The translations under genes were made by a program, and so were the position numbers. From Takakia lepidozioides (Eukaryota; Plantae; Bryophyta), in contig CM060732.1 in NCBI GenBank assembly GCA_030704615.1, positions 4,960,001 to 5,024,000 of the forward strand: a stretch of DNA of 64,000 nucleotides, in the 5' to 3' direction. The notes beneath the pieces were generated by a model that did not search any database, was not told the origin of the DNA, and saw only the letters and a program-made list of their open reading frames with translations. Below are positions 11,630 to 23,940 of this stretch, one piece after another; the first letter of the stretch is position 1, and each line of letters starts with the position of its first letter.

Positions 11630-12500
11630 ACCAAGCTGGAATTAGGTTTTAGGTTATAGAGTTTGCTAGGGAACATTGAAACATAGTACTTGGTATGAAT
11701 GGAAAAGAAAATATGGGAAAGTATACAGATGACTTGGCACCTATGAAAATTTGTTAATGAAATATCCCAACCACAGATTGTATCCAAATTTCTATGAGGA
11801 ATGTGAATCAAACAATGGAGTTTGGTTTAGGGTTTAGGGTTTTAGAAAACTACAGTTTGAGTCTTTACCCATACGTAGAACAATTCATGAAATATTATCC
11901 CCACCACTTCGACCGTACCCAAAATTGGAAGTAATAAATAAATAAACATCAAACATTGAAATTAGGTTTTAGGATATATAGTTTGCGACTAACCATAGTA
12001 CTCGGTATGAATGGAAAAGAAAATATTGGGAAGGGTACAGATGACTTGTCACCTATGATTTAGGGTTTAGGGAATAAAATTTCCCAACCAGAGATTGTAT
12101 CTAATATATGAAGAATGCGCATCAAACAATGGAGTTACGTTTAAGGGCTTAGGGTTTAGGGTTTAGAAAACTATAAATGGACAAACAATTATGGAATGTG
12201 AGTCTTTACGTGGAGGTCGTACAACAATTCAGGAAATATCCCCTCCACTTCGACCGTACCAAAAACTGGAAGCAATAAATTAAATAGGCATCAGACATTG
12301 GAATTAGGTTTTAGGGTACGGAGTTGAGTAGTGTAGTAAACATACTACTGGGTATGAATGGACCAAAAAATCTGGGAAAGTGTACAAGTGACTTGTCACC
12401 TAAGAAATTAGACGAATGAAGTATCCCAAGGGCCATTCTATTATGCCCAACCTGAAGAATGCGCATCAAACATTCGAATTAGGTTTAGGGTATATGGTTT
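11630..12500. repeat. AT-rich tandem repeat, about 2.6 copies of a 320-340 bp unit with telomere-like TAGGGTT motifs
   Basis: unit start attaggttttagg at ~11641, ~11961 and ~12303; shared blocks ggtatgaatgga..., gacttgtcacct, ccacttcgaccgtacc. Confidence 0.8.
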
Positions 12501-13039
12501 AAGGTGAGGACAATGTAAGGACTGAAGGCCCCAGAAGTATTGTCTTTAGAAGGTCCTAATAAGATAACAGACCCAAGATAAATTGACCTGAGATGACACG
12601 GAATAACGGGTGGCAAAGCGAGGTTCAGGACTGATTAGTGACGAAGAAAATTGAGAAGAATCTTAAGATAGTCCGAAAAGGCAGTAAAGGAAATGTAATT
12701 TTGTACTTGAAGCCAGACTTACAGAAAGCTAATGACGAGTAATGGGAGAAGATTCACAAGATTCACAAGCAGTAAACCGCGAGAAAGCTTGTCCATTGAA
12801 GCAACATCTTTCACAAATTGCCACGCGGTTTATACTCAGGACATTTTTTAGACCAATCATATTGAGCCCAACAATACGATCATGTGGACCGAGAATGAAG
12901 GAGATGGGCGAATCTGTTGAGGAGAAGACACTTTGGTGAGAACCAGAGAACCAAAAGAAATGGATGTAATGTGAGAGATGAACTGCAAAGAAAATGAAGC
13001 AGTGACATCAGGAAAAACTAGGAACTCCGGATGATCACT

Positions 13040-13871
13040 CACTACAACAGATCGTGGTATTTATGACTATATATATGACTATTCTGCAGTTATAAACGGT
13101 ACATATGACTTCTATGACTGTAAGTCGTGGAAACAAAGTCAATACAATGAGTACATGATGGTACGGTCCGGATGACTACAGTCATATGAACCAAGTGATA
13201 TCTCTTACTGCAGTCATATATACCATACTGCAGCCGCCGCTACCGCGCCACGTGACGAGGCGCAATTGATTTAAAAAATTAAATTAAACTAAAAAAGTAA
13301 AAACATATGTCAAACGCCGCGTTGCACCGCATTGTGCCACGTGGCATAATGTATTTTATAATAATGAAAAAACCACGTGGCAGTCCATCTAGGGTACCAC
13401 GTGCTATCCCTAGCTCGCCTACTAACCCTAGGGCCATCTTATCCATTTGATTGTACTTAGAGGAATTTGAACCTGCAACCTCTTTAATATAAGAGTTATA
13501 GTTCACTACCTGTTAACCAATACACCCATTAGTCATTCATATGATCATATGGTGTTTTAATTGTATTATACACACCAAATTACAAAATCCCCATCATGAC
13601 TATGTAACCTCATCCATGTACACTGTAGTCATGGAAATGACTATGAATGGTGAACTAAATCTGGTCAATTGCCGTTGACCAGCCTTCCGCCCATTCCGGA
13701 GCCATGTAGTCATACAGACGACTATTTAGATAGTCGTTCATATGACTGTAGTCGTATGAACGACTGCGGGAGGTCAATTTCATATAAAAACATGGTGCAG
13801 TCATGGTCAAAGTCATGAAAACCATGACTACCACGGTTTGGCAGTCATAACTACCGCGATCTGTTGTAGTG
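13040..13871. mobile_element. non-autonomous CACTA (En/Spm) element, 832 bp
   Basis: 29-bp TIRs CACTACAACAGATCG(T/C)GGTA(T/G)TTATGACT with 2 mismatches; 3-bp TSD ACT at 13037-13039 and 13872-13874; many subterminal ATGACT/AGTCAT motifs. Confidence 0.95.
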
Positions 13872-14050
13872 ACTCGAGGTTCCCGAAACGTTACAGAGAT
13901 GAGGTCCGGAAAAAAGCTGGTGGCTGGCAAAGAAGGTAGATTAATATTTGAACACGTAAAGAGAAACAAATGGAGAGTGGAGGTAAAACATTAGTTTTAT
14001 TCTTGAAAACATGCCGAGGAGTGAACCTCCACAATATGTCCTTGTCAACC

Positions 14051-17000
14051 TTATTCTCCGCCCGAGGTTGCATTGTCTTCATTGTCTGATTGTTGATTGG
14101 CCTCATCCAAATTTGCTCGTGCTTTCTCCGCCTCCACCGCGGTAATTTTCTTAGAGCTATTACGTGTCGTGTTTTTTCTGGCGGACATTGTCCAAACGAC
14201 AGAGTTAATGTGAATCCACTGAGGGGGATCATCTGGATTGAACTCCCAAACTTTGAACCAACAATCTCTGTACCTGTCCAAATCGGAAAGGCTACCTCCT
14301 TTCTTGGGTCTCCATCATTCGACGTGAACCTTCTTAAAATTCCTGGATCCTCTGTCGCGGACCACATCCGATATTGCCATCCCCATCCAAACTGGAAACG
14401 TCACAGTATCTACTGGTCGAACCAAGACGAAGAATCCATTCTCAATGTCCTTGAACGGATTTAAATGCTGCTTCGGTCTATCACACTGAGGACCACAATA
14501 CGGCTCCATGACTTCATCTTCTTCCGACAAATCATCCTCTGCAGGTGTATGGATTCCGGCTCTGTGGTGGTTGACAGCCCACTTGGTTGAGGGCCAAAAA
14601 CCCTCTTTAAGCGCGATTGAATGTCGTGATTCTCCATGAATGGGAAGATCAAGTTCTGCAAGGATTGCTTCCCAGTATTGATCATATTGTATAATGATGT
14701 CACGATAATGATCGTCAAGCAACATCCCCTTCTTCCAGAACTCCCTGTATTTTTTAATTCCAGTTTTGATAAAAGACTGTTTATCGGATGAGTCGTCTCC
14801 CACACCCCAAATTGGTGTTTTTTTTACAGCCTTGGGTTGTACTGCTACAGGCAACTTTGGAGATCCATCGGGATTCGACTTCCACATCTTCACCGCACCT
14901 TTTTTGGGGAGCCACTGAGAATCAGTAGCAAACTTCTTAAACTTCATGACAGGCCAACCATCTTCATCTACATAGAATCGAAATACGTGCATTTCTGTTT
15001 GCCCAACTAAAGCCTCTTTTCCATCGAGAATGCAACCGTCCACATACGCCTTGAAATCTGGCACCTCTTGAATGATTTGAGGAATAAATTGCAGATCTTG
15101 AGAGATCATAAAAAACCTCATAAGTTCGGAGAGAACGTAGGTGCTGTTTTACTTCAGCTTCTTCGATAAATAACTGAAGAATCCGTCGATGTCCTCATGG
15201 GTATGGCCAACCATGAGAAATCCCATCTGAATCTCCTCAAACACTCCTCTTGCAGTTAGGAGCGACAGAAAAGCCAGCATCCACCTGTTTTTGTTTTCCT
15301 TCACGCAGTTGTCCAACTGCAGGTAGAGTCTTCGTAGAAGTGAGACTTTTCTTTTTTTCTTCTCCTTATCGCTGAAAGGTTTCAGAACGTCGAGACACCT
15401 CGATTTACCCTTCATGAGAGATTCGAAATAGGAATTTTGAGGTGGGTGGTCAAAGATGTTACGACTTTCGCGGCAAGATGGCTTCTCTAGTTGGCGAAGG
15501 CATCTTACTAGAGAGCCAATCGTGAAGTTCGGGTCTCCCGGCCAGAAGTCCAGAGAGTACTGTCCGTAGGCTCCGTCCCCGTGGCCGTGGGTGACCATGC
15601 CGGTTAGCGAGATTGGAAGCTGACCTAAGCCGGAGACCATCTTGTTCGTCGTCTGCAACCTTGGAATAGCTGTTTTCCGATGATCCATCTTGTCATGAAT
15701 GATGCAGAGGAACTCGGACGGCATCATAGTTGACTCATTCCTCCAGCTGTGATAGAGTCTCCTACAAGACTCTTGAAGCCTGAGGTGCTTATCAAGTGCT
15801 TTCTTGTGCGAGGCCTGCTCATCGCTACGTTTGACCGACTTCTTGATTAGGTCTTTGAGCATCTCACAGTCTGTGCATTTGGCAAACGTGCTACCACTTT
15901 TTCTAACCTAGACATTGGGAAAAATCCGTTGTCTGATTCTACTGACGGCTGCCTGGGAGATAGGCTTCAACCCACATATTTTATTCGTCTGCAAGACGTC
16001 GGGGAAATGAACCTCGCGCGATCGTCCGAGCTTTAATAGTGAGAGGTCCGATACATTGTGTAGAAGCAAAACAGGGAAGGTCCCAAAAAATATAAAATTC
16101 GAAAAGTGGTAAAAAGAAGAAGAATTGACCTCATTACACTCCTCACGAATTTTTTTCCAGTTCAGTTTATGTGGCAGAACTCAAAGAGTATCTCTCCGTC
16201 CGTCTCGAATACAATGGGTCTTATGAGGCATGAGATCGGAATTTTCGTTTATAATCGACATTAAGTTTCCTTCAGCTTGACGAGTTTGTGGACGGGGCCG
16301 TTTCACTCCGGAATTCCCGTGCAACAATTTAACCACACCCTCTCTGCTTAGTTTTTTGTATTCCATGTAGGTTGAACGACCGATTCCGTGAATTGTCCAC
16401 CAAGCTGTCTCACACACATCAACGCCCTCAATGGTTATGTAGTCCTTTGTCGAAACCCCGTCGATTCGATGAAGTCTTTTGGGAACATCAAAACCGAGCT
16501 CTCTCCGTTCGTCGTAAGAGGATCCCCAATAAGCGGTCCGGATAGCGAGTGTTTTTCTCTAGTCGAAATATTGGCAACACTGTAAATTGCAACATTGTTT
16601 GCTGCTGACTTCTCGAATTGCCTGCAGAGAGAGACGAATATTTATCTTTTTGGAATCGTCTTTTTTCGAATTTTTTTTGGGTCTGTTGAAATGTTGGTAT
16701 GGTGCTTTTTTCACACCTTTCTCGTTGTGACCAATATCTGTTTGTTCAACCTATGAAGCTCATGTGACAATGTCCTGTCACTATCAATCAACCGAGTCTG
16801 CGTCAATGGCCAGTTCACGAGACACATGAGATTGGTCGAACCGCCATTCAAAATCCTTGTAACGAGCATCCCGACGTGATGTTCTCCAACTTTCTCACAA
16901 AATATCACCTCGTCAGGATGACATGCTTGAATTCTAAAGCACTTTGTTCATCTCCAAGGAGAATACACAATTTATTTCTCCAACTGTCTCTACCTATAAC

Positions 17001-17410
17001 AACATCGTTATTTGGAGATGGCCTTGACATGTCAGATTCAATTTGTTCATTGAATTTTGGATGGTAATCAGCCGCAGATGTCAATTCGACCTCCGAGAAC
17101 CGAGGAACCTCATTGTTGGTGTTGGTGTTAGTCCTAGTATCTTTTGAATTTTCACCACATCCCAAACGACAGGTGTTCCGATTGCTTCTCCCAAAGAGTC
17201 TGCATCCATGTGCGGATATGGCAACGACACAGAAGAATGTGTCGGATCGCAAGACACTATAACAACAGATATTGTGGACCCGTTTAGCTGTCGTCCATGA
17301 CAACTTCCGCAACCAGTCACGTTGAGACATTCTGTTGTTGCGACGATAGAGTTCGAGCCCTCAAGAGTGAGGAAAACTTGTTGACCAGTTTGGAACAACG
17401 ACATTTCCAC
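14051..17410 (-). pseudogene. Sola-like DDD transposase (spliced; in-frame stops)
   Basis: VCETAWWTIHGIGRS, FAKCTDC, IIHDKMD, LYLQLDNCVKENKN and FLMVGHTHEDIDGFFS motifs. In-frame stops at 15149-15151 (TAA) and 14315-14317 (TGA in place of W). The 5' limit is uncertain. Confidence 0.7.
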
Positions 17411-20009
17411 GAACCTCGCGCGATCGCGCGTGTATCCTACAGTAGAGATCCTGGTGATTAATGATTCGGCACTATATCGATGGACACTAAGAAAGAGTGA
17501 AACAATAAGTTACTGAAGTTTGTTTAGAAAAACTGAGGATGAAGATGAAAATAAACCTCGCGCGATCGCCCGCGTTTAGGGTTATAATGATTTGGAAATT
17601 GAAAATAGAACTCGGACTCTCGGATAATGTACTAGAATGTACAACGTAGGTCTCTATTGGTTGAAACAGAAATTTGTAGAAAATTAAAGGATCTGCTAAA
17701 GCTACGACCCAAATGCACAACATTGTCTACGACTCCATAACATAAATAGAACCACGTCGACGGGCCTTCGCGCGTGGTTCAGATGGATGAAATGAAGGAC
17801 GGATGAATAATGGTAGACGAGTTTCAGATGACAAATAAGAAAATGGATGAATAAATGAAAACATGGATGAATGAAACAGCTGTAGTGCGAGTGATCATTC
17901 AAAGTACATAAAACGGTCGGGTGTGTATGTAAGATCTTTGTAGACAGTGGATGGGAACAGAGGAGCAGAGAGACAGAAGAGAAACCCAGATGAAATGGAG
18001 AGGCTCTCAATATTGACAAGAGTACAAAGGGAAGAATGAACGTAAAACAGACAGTTCTGAAGATCAGCGAGCCAGAGCAACTGAGAGGGAAAAAATGGCA
18101 TGCGTGCATAGGGCAGGCTCTTATACAGATTATCAAACAGTATGAGGTCGACGTGTTCACATTACAGAGGTGCGTTTGGGTGTCATGGATCGACAAATTG
18201 TCGCCCTGGATATGCTCTTTCGTGTAATCTAGTGGCTATTACGTGTCCTCCAGAGCATAAATTCAAGTAGGAGTCTGAAATCCACCGAATATTAATGGGT
18301 CCATAAGTTATTGCGTCCAATGCGAATAACTAATTGATTCGAGATATGGAATCTGACATCCAAAGCACCAGAAAAGCAGCAAATCCAATGTTGAATTAAA
18401 GATACAAGAGAAGGAATAGTCGGCGACGAAAGTGGCCGCCTCTTAAGGCCATTGTGATGAGCCGGCAGCCATCTATGGCAAGGTGACATTAAGTAGCCGC
18501 AATGAATGTGGGGCCGTAGATGAGGTGTAGGTAGAGAAAACGTGAGACCGATCAAGACCCAAATGCACGTCCCGACACCTCATTATTGAACCTATGAATA
18601 ATTTTTTATCACTGGATGAAATACGAGCCTTCGCGGATGAAAGAGAGGTATGCTGGATGAGATGACTGCCCTAGTGGATGATTCAACTACCCTCATGGAT
18701 GAGCGCCGTCACGGGAACCCGCAATAATTCCAGGGTGTTCACTTTATGAAGGCGTCGGATTGTCGCGCCGTAACACTCTGGACAAAATGGTGGAGTCCAT
18801 TCGTTACTGAGAGTCATGTCGCATATTGTACCTGCATAAATTTAGGGGTCCTCAGCGAACCGTTGGGAAACATCCCGCCTTTCATTCATCCATGCATCGA
18901 GGCCACAAACCGTCGGATGCGACATAACGCCGACGGTTGAGATCACAGGTGGTAAGGCATATAAGGAGGAGTGACGAAAGGATCTCCTTTTGCATTCATT
19001 GATACACGCGGAAGCCCTGTTCAATTTTGGACTCAAGGAAGAGGTGCGAGAGAGAGCGACTGAACGAGAGAGGCAGAGAGGTGGAGATCGAGGAAGCGAG
19101 AAAGTGAGAGATCGAGGGAGCGTGAGTTGGAGTGAGTGTGGGTTTGAGCAATTCACCGTGTGCGTGGGAGTGTGACAGAGGAGGTTTACTATTTCATGAG
19201 CAGAAACCATGATCCATGAGCCATGAGCCGCATGAGCGGTGAACCAAAGTCTAAGACACGCAGTTTTCATGAGCGGACTCCTCCAAATTTGGAAATGTGG
19301 CAGATTAAAAAAGTATTAAAATAATAGTTTTTTTAAATTTGACCTTGCCGTTTTTGGAAGTTCCAGATCCTGTAATGCGGCAAAGATATGTCGTCAGTAA
19401 CAACTCCGCTCATGGTTTTTTAGATCCGCTCATGGAAATGCGTGACCGTGCAACGAGAAATCCATGATACCACGACAAAAGGACGTCGCAATACTGGCCT
19501 GTTATAGAGTATCCGCGGTTTTAAATTACATGCCTAACATTGGAATGAGCTGACCCTTCTACCGCGATTGAACCATAGATCTGCACCATAGAATCTGCAT
19601 TACTTCACAATTCTGTCATCTTCGTATTCGGCGGAAAGGTTTTGCGAGTCAACTGGGAAATGCGGTGCCGCATAACGGTTCGCACGTGCGAAATTTCTGG
19701 GGGGTTCGCTGTTGGCGACGGTCAGCTCCCTGAAGACTGGGTGCAACTATCTTGCTATGACGAAGGCCGCAACTACCAGGACCTACGACGTTACTTGGAA
19801 ATGCGGCGCCGCATTTCCTTGCCGGGGATGGAATGAGGAAAAAGTTTGGAGAGCAGAAACATGAACCCTCCAACAAAAAAAATACAAGCACGTGAAACAA
19901 GTGGATGACATAGTTTTCTTAGTTCGAGCAAATAGGTTACTGGTAGGCAAGACATAAGTCGAACATTTCTGTGGCCAAAGTCAGAGGGTACTTGCAGCAG
20001 TACAGTTTA

Positions 20010-21216
20010 CTATAACTGAAACTCCGAAAAGAGGGCGTAACATTGTGTTTTGGCCCGCAAGCCAAGCTCACTGGTCCCCCTGGATCCATATTCAGAAGAT
20101 TGTAAACCTCTGGGCTCACCCTGGTGCATGTATGAAGTGATGAGTTGTGGAATTATATCGAGTCTCTTTAGGTACGCACGTAGTACAAATGCTTGCAAAG
20201 GGCAGTATGATGCCCCGTCTTCGCCATGATCTGAAGTCGGTTGCAATTGCAGGTGGGTAATTCTGAAATGGTGATGGTGTACACCCTCATTGCAAACAGC
20301 TGAGGTCCCGCCATGGCCATCTGATACACATGCCCGAAGCCTGGTGGGGGCACTTCGTCGCTCTGGATTATAGTTGTCGGGATGTCAGTGCGCTGCACCA
20401 TCCCGAAATCCTGCGGCTGACTCAATCGCAGCTGTTTCCACCCCGGCCACACCGTGGGAGCCTCTGGCATTGTTTGATGTCGTACTTGGGTTTTCCATAC
20501 ACGCAAGAAGTCATAATGTCTTGCCTGCAGAACCAGAACTGGGTGGGTTGTCGTCTCCGCAAACTTTGCATGGACAAATCTTTCTTGGAAAATAGAGCAG
20601 GACGCCCCATCTGGATTCCTCCTTATCAACTCTAAACAACGTTGTCATGTATCCACTCGAATTGCGGAACACCTGCCTCGAAACGTTGGCTTTGTGCAAG
20701 CAATTCTCCACTGTGACGCAGACACAGTCGTCTCCACACGCTTGGCCATACTGCATAACAGCGGGCGGAATCTGGGGCAAGCGAGCGGTGGGACTTTCTC
20801 GCACGAATCCCCGCTTGAAGGCGATGGCGATCGTGAAACTCTTGAGCTCCACTGCTGGAAGACACATTGTGCGGCAACATGACGAGACCTCGAGGTGTTG
20901 TCCGAATGTTCCTGTCGGATCTCTAGGAATCCTCTTCACACCCGGGTTCCTCTTCAATCCTCCGCCTCACAGGGCGAGTTACGACGTCCCCCTCTAGGTG
21001 TTCACCTCTGCGGTGCAGAGGCGTCATTTTGATCTTCTTTCGCAATGCTGTCATCCACTTCAGTGGATTCTTCGACCTCAAAGTTGTTCGTACCAACAAT
21101 TCCTCCATATCCGGCCCAAAGCCCCATTGTTTCCCGCTCAGGAACTTGTAATACGTGGCTTGCTGCATAATTGCTCTGTCGATGTCCTCCATTATGGCCG
21201 TCACTACGTCCACCAA
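20010..21216 (-). pseudogene. Mutator-like transposase C-terminal part with SWIM zinc finger (same family as 2774-5000, different copy)
   Basis: VDVVTAIMEDIDRAIMQQ..YYKFL corresponds to the DLYVATTDD segment of copy 1; YTITISELPTCNC...CKHLYYV is a SWIM CxC...CxH motif. Confidence 0.65.
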
Positions 21217-21224
21217 ATGTGCGG

Positions 21225-22327
21225 CAGCAACACTTGATGCCGATTCGGACCCGCTTCATCTTTGAAGTAAGGCTTCAAAAGGGAAACATAGAATACCGGA
21301 TGCACCTCGCCTTTGTACACCAACATGAGCTGCTGCTTTCTACTTAAAGCATCGGCCACCACGTTGTCCCGTCCCGTTTTGTATTGGAATACCACGTTCG
21401 AAACTGCCAAGTGTCTTGCCCCTAAGTTGTTTGGGGACCACTTAGGCTGTGTGGCAAAATATTTCACCGTGACATTGTCCGTGAACACCTTCACCGGGTT
21501 GGAACCAACATAGTGGCACCAAAACTCAAGGCAATGTACCACCGCCCTTATTTCTTTCTCGTGCGTAGGCCACCGTCGCCCCACTTCATTCAGTTTCTTA
21601 CTTTCGTAAGCCACTGGACGTCCAGCCTGCATGACATCCGCTGCTTCAACTCGACAAAAGCTTGGCCATAAAAAGTGTTCCATACCCATACCTTGGACTT
21701 ACACAGAAGGTCTGACAGCGGCCCCACGATCTTGGCGAAATTTCTCACATACTTTCAGTAATAGGAGGCGAGTCATAGGAAGGATCGTACTCTCGGGACC
21801 GAAGTCGGAGGCTCCCAGTCCAAGATCGCCCTCACCTTTTTGTCATCCATTTTGATCCCATCTTGTGTAATTACATGCCCTAGGAACTCCACTTTTGTGA
21901 CCCCGATTTCGTACTTTGAAGCTTTGGCATACAACTTCTCTTCCCGCAATTTCTGGAACACCCTTTTGATGTGCTCCAGGTGCTCTTCTTTCATTTTCGA
22001 GTACACCAAGATGTCGTCGATGTACACGATCACAAAGTCATCCAACCACTCCTGGAAAAGGCTGTTCATTAGCGTGCTAAAAGTCGCGGGTGCGTTGGTG
22101 AGCCCAAAAGGCATCACCAAGAACTCATATGAACCATATCTTGTCTCGTACACGATCTTCTCCTCATCTCCTTCCGCCACTCGGATTTGATGGTAACCTG
22201 AGCGCATATTGATCCGGCTGACATACTTTGCTCTTGCCAACCGATCGAAGAGATCGTCGATCCTTGGCAAAGGGTACCGGTTTTTTATAGTCACCTTATT
22301 CAGAGCCCTGTAATCGACACACATCCG
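21225..22327 (-). mobile_element. Ty3/gypsy (chromovirus-like) pol remnant: RT, RNase H, integrase C-terminus, internally deleted
   Basis: RMCVDYRALNKVTIKNRYPLPRIDDLFD, YIDD, GRPVAYESKKLN, NVVADALSR, HPVFYVSLLKPY. Confidence 0.92.
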
Positions 22328-23030
22328 TTGAGTGACGAGGATCGGGTGGAAGTGGCTCCCACCTATTTGAGGGGCTATGCTCAACAATGGTGGCAGAAAC
22401 GCTTCATGACCAAGGTCCAAACCCAGAAACCTTGAGCTGGAGTGGGTTCAAGGAACTTAAAAAAAGACAGTTTGTGCCCTTCAACGCGTCTTGGCTGGCC
22501 CGAGACAAGATGAGGAATTTGAAGCAAACGGATGACATTCGGGGATATGTTCAGGCTTTCAATGTGCTATTGCTCAAAGTCACGGATATTGCAGAACCAG
22601 AAATGGTCTTCAACTTTGTGGCGGGACTGGCCCCATGGGCCAGGCGGAAGTTGGAGGAGAAGCCACCTAAGACTTTGAACGAGGCAATTGAAAGGGCTGA
22701 ATGTTTCTCGGATGTCCCTAGGGGCGAAAGACAAGGTCGTACGGAGTTGAATCATAAGAAGGCCCGGCGGGAGGGTGATTCCTTCCGACCGGAAAAGAAG
22801 TGGGATAGGCCACGCGGCGACAATGGCACATGGAAACCGAAGGGAAGGCCTTCACACGTCAAAGCGGCACTCGGTGCTCCGAAAGGAAAATCAGGTGCGG
22901 CGGCTTATGGCGGACAGAAGGCGACCTTCGATGGAGTGTGCTTTAATTGCGGGGAGCCTGGGCACATGGCCAAGAAGTGCGCGAAACCCCGACAATTGAA
23001 CATGACTCGGGCGACCACGGAGCTGTCCGA
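22328..23030 (+). mobile_element. Ty3/gypsy gag fragment with CCHC knuckle (inverted relative to the adjacent pol)
   Basis: TYLRGYAQQWW, ARDKMRNLKQT..IRGYVQAF, FNFVAGL, CFNCGEPGHMAKKC. Confidence 0.88.
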
Positions 23031-23034
23031 AGAT

Positions 23035-23940
23035 TCCATCAGCCGCTTGGTAGAGGTGGTAGTCGCCAAGACTTGCAAGCCACTCTGTCGCATGGTCTCC
23101 CTTCCCATCGTCAGGCAGGCTCTTCCAAGAGATGTGGATAAGCTCAAGTTCGCATTTCGAGAAGGGTACCGTCTAGGTTCGCTAGCCTTCTACGTTTCCA
23201 TTGAGAATGAGGACGACGAAACTCGTGGACCCACTGCGGATGAATTGTCAGGATGGGATACCCACTGGCACGCTCGCAACGACAAATTTGAGACAATGCT
23301 GAAGGGTGATCCAGACTTCGGCCATATGTCGGGCAAAATGTTTTTTGTGGGACGGGAATCACCGACTTCTTGCCTGGTGGGAGTACATCAAGCAGAACCA
23401 TTCCAAGCATATTGGCTGGCATTACATGGTGGAGTGTGTCATCCTCAAGGTGAAGGCGGCAGACTCCTCCCTGCTCAAGAATGCCATGGCGGACCTCAAC
23501 TCGTAAGATTCTCATACCCTCCCAAGCACATCCAATTAGTTTTGTTTCCGTGCTTCATTGGACTGAACTGGAGAGTGTGCCTTGCAGGTTCACTGAAAAT
23601 GCTTACGTGCATACCCACATGGCACATATGCTGTACAGGGTGAGGAAAACTGGTCTCACTGACCCGCACATGTTCACCAAAATGCTGGAGCCCGAGCTCA
23701 TTCAAAAAGCCCTGGCAAAAACAGACCGGACATGGTATCGCCTCACTATGGATGAAATGGTGGAGGTGATATACGAAGTAAGTCGTCCTCCCATTTTCCT
23801 CTGCTCATCCTTCCCCAATTTCTAGTCATCTTTCCACATGGATCGTATGTAATGCTTCTACATGTTTTTCTTGGCAGTCAAACATCAAGCTGGATTTGGT
23901 CCATGCCAAACGCTTCTTCATGGAAAGTGAGGGGTTCACC
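23035..23940 (+). pseudogene. ParB/Srx-like (DGNHR) gene, copy 2; 5'- and 3'-truncated, spliced
   Basis: PLCRMVSLPIVRQALPRDVDKLKFAFREGYRLGSLAFYVSI...LWDGNHRLLAWWEYI...AMADLN|gtaag, with the same intron position as copy 1; next exon FTENAYVHTHMAHMLYRVRK. Confidence 0.65.

Noticed and set aside
11820-12500. true telomere or interstitial telomeric array
   Set aside because: Only 1-3 consecutive TTTAGGG units inside a larger repeat.
4960-21216. the two MULE transposase halves being one broken gene
   Set aside because: They overlap by about 10 codons with different sequences (DLYVATTDD vs DVVTAIMED), so they derive from different family members.
22387-23643. in-frame gag-ParB fusion protein (418 aa ORF)
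   Set aside because: Both halves are truncated and the ParB part frameshifts before DGNHR. Copy 1 of the ParB-like gene has no gag. This is best explained as a chance in-frame rearrangement junction.
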